In this document: positions 49,278-61,200 of the stretch, one piece after another
Layout of the letters: each line of letters opens with the position of its first letter
Numbering within the stretch: position 1 is the stretch's first letter
Assembly (NCBI GenBank): GCA_002633005.1
Contig: NMRA01000293.1
Location: 360,756 to 424,755 of the forward strand
DNA from: Phoronis australis
Taxonomy: Eukaryota > Animalia > Phoronida
DNA: 64,000 nucleotides
Reading direction: 5' to 3'
The notes under the pieces: generated by a model
Database searches by the model: none
Told to the model about the DNA's origin: nothing
Seen by the model: the letters and a program-made list of their open reading frames with translations, nothing else
Program-made: the position numbers and the translations under genes

Positions 49278-52200
49278 ATGCCACGTTTTCTGGCTAAAGA
49301 CTACTTGTCAGAGGTCAGATGCTTGAAACCTTGACTTAAACTACTAGCAACATGTCTTTGTAGCTGTTTTAGTGTTATCAAGCTATTTTTTCTGAGTTAC
49401 TAATTCATCAGAAATAAACCACAGACAGAGTACTAAACATTTTGATTCATGCTTTATTTCACGAGATGTTAGCAGAAAAGTCTTTTTCCTTTTAGGCTTT
49501 GTATGAACAGAGACTAATGTTCTTGGAGCATTATCTTGTTCCTCCATCTCATCTAGAGCAAGAAAATTACGTTCATCAAGGGAAAATGGACGACTCTGCA
49601 TATCAGCATCCATGGACAAGGGGTGAGGTATTATTGTTCCTAATCAGAGTTTACTTGCAAAGCCTGAAGCAGTCATGTTATCAATAGCTCAAGTAAACAG
49701 AGGTCTTCTGGAATTCTGTGGTCAGTAGAATGGGAAAAACAGAAGTTTCACATTCTGTTTTTAATTTTCCAAACACTTGACATCTAAATCAAATTTCATT
49801 GTGATTTTGGTATGCTTGAATGAGAAGTGCAGCCCACGGCTTCACAAGACTTCTGCAGTCTGGGGCTCAATATCCATTTCAATTTCTTTGGATCCATCAT
49901 AAACACTGCCCAGGATTACACAAGCACAGAGCAATGCACTATGTGTATTGGAGAGTGATTCTCATTTTGATAGTTTTATTTCTAGATTGATTACTGGATT
50001 TAGTTTGGGAAATCGCTATCCTGTGGAGTTGAAACCAAACGGGTGGTCAGTTTAGCTAGTGGTGTCATTTAAATTTACCATCCCTTGGTGTGCCATCAAA
50101 AGTCTTAAACAACTCTGACTGAATATTATTGTGAAACATTGTCTAAAACATTTCCCAGTTCACACTAGGTTTCAGCTCTGTCTTTTTTCACAAGTCTTGT
50201 GGTATTGTATTTCACGGTTTTTCTTCAAGTGTGATATTTTTTATTTCATGGTTTTTCTTCAAATATGATATTTTTCATTTCAGTGAAGCTGGATCACACT
50301 TACTTTGAGACAGAGAGAACCAGTGATGCAGTTTGCCGTGATTTTCGATTACTCTTGACAAATCAGAATGTTCCTCCACATTTGGAGCCTTTCAAAGTGA
50401 GGTAATAGTTACAAGTCTAATGAAAAATGCAGCATAGCGGTAAAATTTCTCCAATGAGTTTTGGACATAAATTATTGTTAGAATCGCCCCTCTTCATTTT
50501 CCAAATATTTCTCACTTTGCTAATTTCAATATTCACTATTTATCTGAGTATTGTCTTATGGTGGCCACAGTACACTAAATATAATAAAGCATTGATTTAG
50601 TGATGAATATCATTTGCCAGAGAGGAGAATAACCAAATCTCCCTTGTCTGCCATATTGTGTTCTTAATTGGAGAGATTTTACTGAAATTGTTGAAGTGTA
50701 TAGGTACAATTTAAAGTGGTCACAAATGCGGGTGCAATCTTCACTGGGTTTTTCAATCAGTGTTTGGATGTTTTGTGGTTAACCAGTTTTCAAAAAATAG
50801 CTAAAAATAAGATGTACCTTCACTAAAATATCTGGGTAAATTGGAGAGTTCATAATATATTCTTAAACTCATTGAAGATCAGTGTGGGTGCCATCATTTT
50901 TAACTTTGATAACTCTGTTCTATAAACCAGAGATTTTCGTTTGAAAACAAGTTTTTAAAAAGCCCTTCTGGGTATCATTTTGCAAGTCTGGGAGTTGTAT
51001 TGAAGTTCAAGTAACGATTAGCGGTGTGAAGTTCATTAGGCAATATACTGAAACTCAAAATGTGCAAGTAAGACAGTGTCTCTGTTGTGCGTGAACTTGG
51101 AATCCTGTTTAATCTCAAGATCGCAAACGCGTGAACTTGGAATTCAACATATATTTGAGCAATTATGTGAAATTTTGTTCAGTGTAAAGAATTTTTGTAA
51201 TTATTGGCCTTATAATCACTCACTTTATCCTTTACCGTAACTTGTGTCAAAGAATCGGATTGGTTAAAACAATTATTGTCTGGTGAATAAGATTGCCAAT
51301 AGCTTAAAAAAAGATTAGTTGAATGTTATGTTATTTTAATGACTTATAATTTGGTTTAGTGCAGTGCAAATTTTTTATCCACGTGAACGTGATTATATGA
51401 GTGAACTTGTCAAGTTTCATCGTGTATTCCAAGTTCAGGCAACACTCACTTCTGCTTAATCTCAAGATTAAGCAGGATTCCAAGTTCATGCACAGCATCT
51501 CACCTGTCTGGCTGTGTAAGATTACCCTCTAATGATGAGCTCAAGCTATATCTATTACTTAGCAGTAGCCCTAATCAGACCATCTGTTTTGGAACAGTGT
51601 CTGACTGCAGGAATTACTTTCCATAGAGCCATTGTACTATGAAATTGGTCAGGCAAAATCAAATTGGGAAATGGGGAAATCCCAGATAAATGCTCAGCAC
51701 TGTAGATGAAAACCACTGAAGCCAACATTTTGGGTGAAATAGCCTCGGACAGTCTTAGAAATTAATGTAGTTGGATAGTTTCACAAATTTTGCAATAGCC
51801 CTTATTATTTTTTGCTTTGTTTTTTAAAGCTAAAACTTGTAAAATGGAGAAAAAAAATTGGCACTTTACTTACAGTGAATTCCTGAACTTTGAGAAGCAC
51901 CGGTGCTCAAAACCAGGTACTCCTGTAAGTTACCTGAGTTATCCAGATTTTAAGGATCCAAGTGTCTTTCACTCAAGACCCAATTTACACTATGTTCTTA
52001 CGTTTTCTAACTCTGTTCAGCATTGTTTGTGCATCCAGTGTCTTGTAGTTTTAACGAGAGAATTTTTTTCAGCTTAGATCCAGCTGATGTGACCGACGTT
52101 GTGGTTTTAAGTTCCAACCCGAGCTCACCACCGCCGAACCTGGAGGAAATATGCAAGAGTCAGAGTAACAATAGGAAAGAGTCAATGTTAGAAGAGTTTC

Positions 52201-55200
52201 ACAAGGACGGTGTGACGCACACTAATGCATGTAAATATATCCTCATTTTGTATATCAAGTGTGTATCATTGCTCCTGAGTTTATGTTAGACCTTATGACA
52301 ATGTTAGTCTGTATTTATAGCCAAATCATCTAGAAAACTAGCTGTTAGATTTTAACTCTGTAAACGTATTTTCTGAAAGTAGAAAGCCTACAGAATTTGA
52401 TTGACTTGATACCAGTCTGCCATTAATTGGGTCATGTAACTATGTCTTTTTAGTAAAATTTAGCAAAAAAGAAAGGAATGGTCATAACAAAACAGCATTA
52501 ACAATGACATGACCACATTTCACCTTGATGTTTAAGATGAAATCTCAAACACTACAGTTTTATAAATTGGCATTTTGTTTTTGCTTTATGCAACTTCTGA
52601 ATTTTCCATATAAATCATAAAACTCCTAGTTTTTGATAACCCTCTCATGTGATAGTAGAACATAAAAACAATCTATCAGGCTTTTGGAGAATAGTGCTTA
52701 ATGCATAGTTTTTGAAACTTTCATATGAATCCGATCACTGAGTTTCTGAGATATGATATATTACGAAGTTAACCAATAGAAAGATTCTACATAGCCTTGA
52801 AGTCAAAAGAAGAACTCAAAGATTGACACCCACTTTGATATTGATGCGACTGAGTAGAAACTATTTTGAGTAAATGTTGTAGTGAAAATCAAGCACAAAA
52901 CTACCAATTATGGGGCTTTGACAGCTTCATGCCATATTTAAATATTTAACTTTTCCAGTCAAAGAAGTATAAAAATGTTTTTTATGCAGAACAGAGTTAT
53001 TTGTAGTTTGTATAAATAATTTTTGGTATGCTAAAGTGTTGAGCTGGGTAACAGCAAAATAAGATGGGGCAAATAAATTGCTTTTCTAAAGTTGTTGGTT
53101 TCTGCTCTGTAGGTGCACACTATCTGGAGGAAGTTGAATCTGTGAATTACTTCAGTGACTGTCTTAGGAAGATGCCAGATGTCCGCAACATGGCAAGCAG
53201 GCTAAAGTTTAAGCTTATTCAAGATCCATTTTCCACAACCATGTCTGAGGAAGAACTTCTCAGGTGAAAACTGAGTTCTCCACAAGTTTTTAATTCCTAC
53301 GGTTGATTTTGTACACGTACTGATTTTTACTGCCCTGTTTTCCACCCTTTTGATTTTTTTAGAAATCCAATGCTTGTAACTTTAATGTCCTACCTGTTGT
53401 GTGTTATGCAAAACCTGTTCTTGCTTACCTTTTATTGCATTCAATGTAGAAAAACTAAAGAGGCCAAAATGCAGTCGTTAAATGAGATAATAATTTTCAA
53501 GGTATTCGTGGGGTAGGCCCAAACCCCCAGTGGGTGAGGAACACCCTCCCATACCGATCCTCCACCCCAAATGATTCTTTGGCACTTGTTGGCACACTCA
53601 AGGCCAAGTAGATTTCCGCCTTCTTTTAACTTTGGCAAGTGGAGAATCCTGAAACTTTGCAAAATAGTTTTAAGCAAAGCATATGACTGCCAAAGTGATC
53701 CAGAGCTGAAACCGGACTTTTCAATCAGATAAGCGCTCAACTCTTGCTTATAGTCAGTAGAAAGGCAGAAAAATCACATACTCTAGTTTTCTCGTAAAGC
53801 TGCGCAAACTGTCCAAACTGACTGTTTTATGTGTCGTGTGAGAAAATATAGTAAAGAACTGTAAAGAACTGTTACTATTTATTTTATTCATGTGTATTAA
53901 AAATCCAAGCAAGAACATCATAACAAAATGTGGTCAATGTGTTCACTTGCTAGTTTAATAACATGTAAGAGGTTAAAACAGCAGAACTGCCATCCATGAA
54001 ATTTTCATTTTGTCAAGTTTATTTAACAATTTGCTTTACTTTTTAGGAAGGATAAACATTACCAATGCACAACTCAATTAAGTAGTTGTGAGTTAAAAGA
54101 GACATTTATGAAGGAAGATCTATCTTCCTATCAGGTATGTTGTACCATGCTTACTCTTATGCTCCAAACTGTTGCTCTGACCTGGTTTTCAATGTGCATG
54201 GCGACCATTGTGACGAATTTGAAAACCCTCACCTGATGTCAGCAGTCATGTTGGTCATTTGTCTTACTGATTGTTCGTTTTTTGACTTCGAAACTCATAT
54301 GATAAACATGGGTGTTGGTTTACGAACGCAATTATCTCATGCACTTTCTCGTCCACTTGTGTGCAAATCCTGGCAGCATAAGATTTGCCTAATGTAGCAT
54401 GTTCAGTGGAGCAACTGTGAGAAATTTTACAAAATCTACAATTGTTTCAGAGTTACTTAGAGGAAACGATGCCTGCTGACAGTACTGCTTGTTCTCAACC
54501 AAGCATGAATGTTGATCTCCGGCCATTTACACAGTCTCAAGTTGAAGAAAATTTTGATGGTAAACTAATGATATGCAGTGACTTAAACTGTGTAAACTTC
54601 ATCAAACCACTGATACATTGTTAATTAATTCCAACCAACTTATTTCGTAAAGAACATTTAAATAAAATCAAGAAACCTGTTTTCTTTGTTTTTTCAGCGA
54701 AATGTCCTGGACTGTCTGTCTGTCTCTTTTAATTAATTTTTATAAAAATAGTTTCATTGGTTGTATCACACATTGACTAAATGTGCAATCAGCTCCATGC
54801 TTTGTTTGTATTAAACCATGAAAATTTTTTGCCATGGCATGTTAGTTTCCAGATTAGTACATAATTGTCAATTCTGAATTTGCTGGAATCAATCCTTACT
54901 CACACCACACTCTGCTTAATTTACAGATTGTGCAAATCTTACCGAATCGTGTAATAAAATACCAAAGGAATTAGAAGGGTTTGCCGATGCGAAAGATGAT
55001 GTACAGAATGAGGCAGTTAAATGTATACCTATTTGTTGGGTTATTGTGTTGTTGCTTTGCTTGAACTTAAAGTCTAATTTCCACTCTTAGTTGCACCAAG
55101 TTTCTGAACATTAGCAGATATTATGTTTTCTATTGTTTTCAAGTTTGTAATCTGAAAATACTTTAATTCTTTAATATACTGTATGGTACCATCAACGATT

Positions 55201-58200
55201 CAATTCGTTTTCCATTAAAAAGTTTTCATTGTTTTTAAAAACTATACACAGTTACGTCAGTCATAGTCTGTGGTATAACTAATTTCTAACATTGATAACT
55301 GTCAATTTTGGATACAGGTGCCATAGCTGTGATAGAAGACTTGGCACTCTGTTTGGATAGTCCATTACCATCTGCACTACTGGCTGATGGAGTAAAATGT
55401 GCTGATATTGAAAACCTGTTGCAAGATGTCAAAATGAGTCCAGTTACTATGTCTCCGTAAGTAGAAAGATCCATTGCTGTTTGAGTGAAGTAATCGAAAT
55501 ATGCAAATTAACCTTGTATGGTAAAGTTTCCTGAAATTCAAAAAAGTAATAGCCAAAATTGTCATTTTTACTTTTTCGAAAAACTGCTCATTTTACTGCC
55601 AGAATCTTCAAAATTTCATTGTATGTTTGTTGATCACAGCCGTGCTGTACAAAGTTTCCAAATAGTCCTGTAAAATTGTCACATTTTTACTCTTGTTGAA
55701 AGTTTTGACAAAATAAAATTTTAGTGTTTTACGATATTGTGTTCTAATTTGAAGAAACGTTTTAGTACCGGAATGTTTCTGCACATTTTATGAACAAACA
55801 GTTAGTATTGTTGAAATTTAATACTTGCTTTAAGTAAGGAAGTACTGTGAAGAATTCTACTTTTTAAGACAGTAAAAAAATTAATTATTTTGTTCAAGGT
55901 CGGAGCTTTACGAAATTTAAAGATAGGCTGTGTTGTTCATCCCAAATTCAAGAATTGCAGTTAACGAGACACGACAATTCATATTGATGCTGCACACTGT
56001 AAGTGTGGTTTCAGGTGTTAAATTGTCTGGTATCCATCAGTTGTTCCTCACCGACTCACCTCGTGCTCTTTCTTTCAGTGTTAATTTACTGAGTCCAGCC
56101 AGTAAGGACAGTTCGACTCATGTAATGGAGTTAAATGATAAAGTCTTTTGTGATTTGGAATCACCATGGCTACCAGGTAAGTTCTAAGTTTTGTCACATG
56201 ACGTTTGGTTAAATGGTGCATCCCTGACATATATTTGTATTGTCTGTAATACAGATGCCACCACTACATATAATTGACATACTAGATCTACCTTGAAAGA
56301 GCGGTAAGAATTCCTAGATTAGTTACGTATTACAATTGGTTGTTGTGTCACTGTTGGTATTTACTGTTTTCAAGAACCAGCCATTCACAGTGTCTTGACT
56401 ACAAGCACAACTTTATCAAGTGAAGCACTGTTAAAAGAGTTTGGGAATGAAGAAAAGATAACTAAAACACTTGAGTCCTCTCTGTCCTGGAACCCACTGA
56501 GGAAGCCTCTAACTGAACCTTCCTGTGAGATGTTATCTCCTAGAGCAGCTGATACACCATGTTATTCTATAGAACAATTTGAAAAAGTCAACTACTCAGG
56601 TGTGTGTATTATTAAAATCTGCATTTCATCCTATTCAGCTAACTAAAAAACAAAAATCCAATGATGCCTTTCATTTCTAAAAAAAATTGGTCTCATGATA
56701 GGATTCTATTTATATTACAATTAAGCAAGAACAACAAAACCATGAGCGTCTCAAGAAAACATTAGGGTTTTGGGGTTGGCTAGTACTAAATTTAAAAATG
56801 ATGGCGCTTGTATGCATTGTCTGTGCCTTGAGTTCCAGTTGCTTTGACACAAATTCAGATGAGTTTGGCAAGGTTCTTAAACCCAATGTGTTTTGGTTAG
56901 TATTTCAAGAGTGACAGCTGTGGCCTCTTTAATTTATAGAACAAAACATTTTTGTGTGTTGTGGTCTCAAGCTTTTGTTCATTGTTATTTAGCTCTCTAC
57001 CTTTTTGAACTCGAGTTTGTACTTGCACACTCTTTTTGGACTGCCCTCCTTTAAGGCAGGCAGTTGTAGTCCCCGTGCTGCACCAGCATGTGGCATACTG
57101 TCACCCATCATTCTGTAATTGTTACCTTGTAGCTGCATTTCTCACATCTCATTTGTATTATTTATTTCAAGCTTAGGGAGGACACCCCATTGTCCTTTCT
57201 ACATTGCATAAAAGGGTTATTTTGCTACTGTGATTGTGCAGTGAATTGCATTCATCTCCTTAATTGTTTCTTTTGAAGCAGCTACAAACCTACCTCTTGT
57301 CAAGAAGTAAACTTGTTTTAAACCTCTGGTTTCAGTTTTTTTAATTAAAAATGATTTCTGGTTGAAAGACGGTCTGACATTATTTCTTGAGGCTAAACTA
57401 AATTTAAAAATGGTTTGCTTCCTCACTAACTTTTTGACCCTTGTCTCAAAAAAATGAACAGTTTTCTTCCCATGCCCAAGGCAAGAAAAAATTTGAGAGC
57501 AGTTTTATAATAATGCATGGTGTAAATCAAGAGAAGATGAGTTAACTCCAGCTTTAAGTTGGACATTTTTTAAACTTAAGGTATTTCATTTTGTTGATAT
57601 GAATTGTGTGGCCCTGTTTTTTTTTAGTAATGTTTTCCTGTTTTTTTTTAGTAATGTTTTCCATTGAACTTCCACTATTGTGAGCATGTTTGCACTTTAG
57701 ACCATAGCTTAAAGGCACATTGTTGGTAATTGTCAAATTAGCAAATGTTTCACATGTCTCATCTTGTCGAGTTTTAAGGCATTCGTAAACTTGGGTCCTC
57801 GCGTTTTATTGATTTCAGACAAGACATGTATCTCAGAGCCTAACTTTGATTTGAAATTTGATGAAGATCAATGGTCTCCTGAAACAGGTTTGTCTTTGAA
57901 TATAACAGGGAGTGAGAATATGAAATGCAGTAAGTAAAGTCTGGTCACTGATGTGTTTGCTTTGCAAATGACAGTTTTAGTTGTGATTTAAAAAATTCTG
58001 TAAAGCATAGCTTTTAGAGGGAATGATGAATAATTTATGTTTTAAAAGGAACAGGTTATCGAAAGCACAAGAATGTGCGTGCTGCCTAATTGTTAATCAA
58101 AAATAGTTATTAAGCAATTTGAGGTTGATTGTTCTGCTTTTTGTGAGGTCGAGTCTTTTTAAGTTGGACAAAAATTTCACACTCACATTTATTGAGTGAC

Positions 58201-61200
58201 ATGCTTATATTAATGTTAAAATCTTTAATGATACTTTTCAGATGAGTGCTTGTCGTTGAGTTCTGAAATGGCTAAGCCATTCAAACATGACAAACTGGAG
58301 CCTGTAAATCAGACAAAGTCCCAAAGGACAATACCTTGTGTTGAAGATAGCGTTTGCATGAGTGATCCATTGGAAGTGTTTTTGATGTTGCGTAAAGGAA
58401 GACTCGCTCATCAACCAGTCAAGACTGAAGATGAATGTCGAGGATGTGAAACGATTGCAGTGTGAGTTGCCTCAGATTTGAATTGTGCACTTATTGTGAA
58501 ATGTTTGTAATGTAAGCTGCATCAGATTTGAAGTTGTGCACTTATTGTGAAATGTTTACAACCATGCAGGTTTGTGTTGGTTCGCTTATTACACACACTT
58601 CTTAATGCTCCTATTGAATTGTCATCTTCAAACTGAAATAAAAAATCTTGGAGATGGTTGTCAAGGCAGAAGTGCCATCCTACAGTGAAATTGGGGGGGG
58701 GTACTGACTTGCTTCACTTCCCAACTTAAATTATTTCTTCTGAGAGGGTAGGAACCAAACAATAGACAAAGACTTGAGATAAAACCACCGTAATCATGCA
58801 CTTTGAGTGCTTGCTACCTGATGTTTGTTCATAATGATCTCCATTCAATATATCTGAAAATGTAAGTTCCAATGCTTATAGGTAATACCAATTTTATGAA
58901 GTATCCATGACTCATAAATGGTATAAAAGTATTGCTTTAGCTGAATACGTCAATGAATGATTATCACAAACAACTTATCTGATGTCTTCATTACAGTGCC
59001 TCCACCTTCCCAGATGCAAATAGTCTATGTGAAGGAGGTAAAAAGAAAAGTCAAGGTGAGTATGATTGTAAAATTAGTGCTTAAGACTAAAAACAAATTG
59101 TCTACAAAGTCTCAATAAATGTTGTATAACAGTTTAATATTTAGTGCTGTTCAAATACGGTACTATCCTCGGATGGACCATGTCAGTATTCCCATACTGC
59201 CATCATGACGTTTTTTCCATGGCCATCTTGCAGAGTCTTCTTTATTTCTTCAACTTAGGTACATGATATTATTCTCAATCCTCCATGTTTTGCTTTGCAA
59301 GTCATAGCTCATGGCGTACCCTGGGCAAAATAGATCAACGATATTATTGAGCACAGCAATTGCACCATGCCAGTCACACAGAACAATTATTTTTTACACA
59401 AAATGGTTTTAATGCTTAGATTCTGACAAAATTACTTGTTTCTTTCACTGGCTATACAGTAGAAAGACCCTCTTCACTTCCTGAGGAGAAAATCAACATT
59501 AGAAGCACAGAGGATGTAGTGGCAACATCCACACGTGAGATTACCGTGCAACCTTGTCCAACTCCTGGCAAAAAGAAGTCTAAGTCTAAGATCATCGACA
59601 TAAGTATTACACGTGAGAAGATGTTGCCTGATGTTTGTTGTATAACTTATCCGCTAATTAGACTTTCGGAGTGTTCTTGAGCTTTCTTGCGGTATATATT
59701 TGAATTTTGTAGTTTTCTTGTGGTATGTTCCATTAGAGCACAAATCACTCAGTCTATTAAGAAAATGTAACTCTCTTTTCAATTACTTTCATTGGTTTTA
59801 CAAGTTTCAATATTTCAAAACCAGTACGTTTTTGTAATTATTTATTAGTTAACTAAAATGCTCAGTATCGTTACATCCGAGGGGTACAGTTTGGCCCCTT
59901 GAGATCTTCATAGTGGCTTAAAATTTTGCAGATGGTTGTAGTTCATGGGTGTCATTCATACACAACAATAGGCCTTTTGAAATTGACGTGCATAGCCAGT
60001 GAGAGCTGTTCTTGTGCAACCTGCTCTTAGTCAACAACTATCCCAGGTGGACTGTAACTAAGCACAGCTTGTGGTGCTGGCTCATAAGATAATTGTTTTA
60101 TTACCCACATCTATATTGAATAGCTGAGCCCACGAATGACTACCACCCATTGAATTTCAATTCCTGTTACTGTTTGGTTTTTCTCTTCTTACTGTTGTGA
60201 ACATATCTTTATAACGAAACCATAGTTTTTTAATCTAAAAAATGGCAGTTTCCTTCCTTGATGTCTGCAACTAAACTAAATGTTGTGTGGTAAATGAATT
60301 GGTTGTCAACTGTAAGTCAGCTATTTCAACAACGGTCTAGGTGAAATCCAGACTATCAGCAATGTGATAGAGAGGTCAGGACAGAGTGCAGTAGATGCCT
60401 TATCTAAATCAGGCTACTTCTCCGATGGACAGGTGTTCCTGAAGCTGTCTGGGGATACCTGCAGGTTCTTGTTGAAACAGCAGGAAAAGGCCATGCGTGA
60501 CAATGGAGTCAATGGTTGGTGATGATGAAATATACAGGGCTTGGAATTTTCCGCGGAAACGCGGATTACCGCTTTTTTCAAATGTGCTTTCCGCTTTTTT
60601 TATAATATTTCCGTGTAAAAAAAATCGAATTTGATAGAAAATTTCCGCGGCAAATTCCTTTCTTACCGCGGCGTTGCAGACGACGTTGACACCTCGAAAA
60701 GCGGAAGTTGCCGTTGCTCTTTATGATTTGGAGGAACGTAAATTGTCAACATTGCCGGGGCATCTGGGACAGCGTGGTGTGATTTTCAATGGCGTCTCGT
60801 GTTATTGTTAAGCGCGGCGACAAATACTGCTGCTCTGCAGCCAAAAATGTGTGGGTTGGGAGTGGACGGGCGAGCTAAAAGGACGCAGACGCATGCTTCT
60901 GATGGAGGTAACCTTTTTTTTTTTTTTTTTAGTCCCGATTTTTGTCGGGGAAAGATTCACATTGACCATTTCAAGGCTGGTTATCGGGCATGATTTGGGC
61001 CGTAAAAGTTTCCGCGTTTTTTGTCATTGGTCATTCCAAGCCCTGAATATAACTATAGGATATTTGAGTTAGATGGATTGCTATTTATGGTCACTTCCTT
61101 CACATGTTGTATACCAAACCAACAATACCAAAAGGAAAACACTTTTGTTATTTTCTCCTGAGGCGAGTAACCCAATCAGATTCAGCACTTCAATTATACA

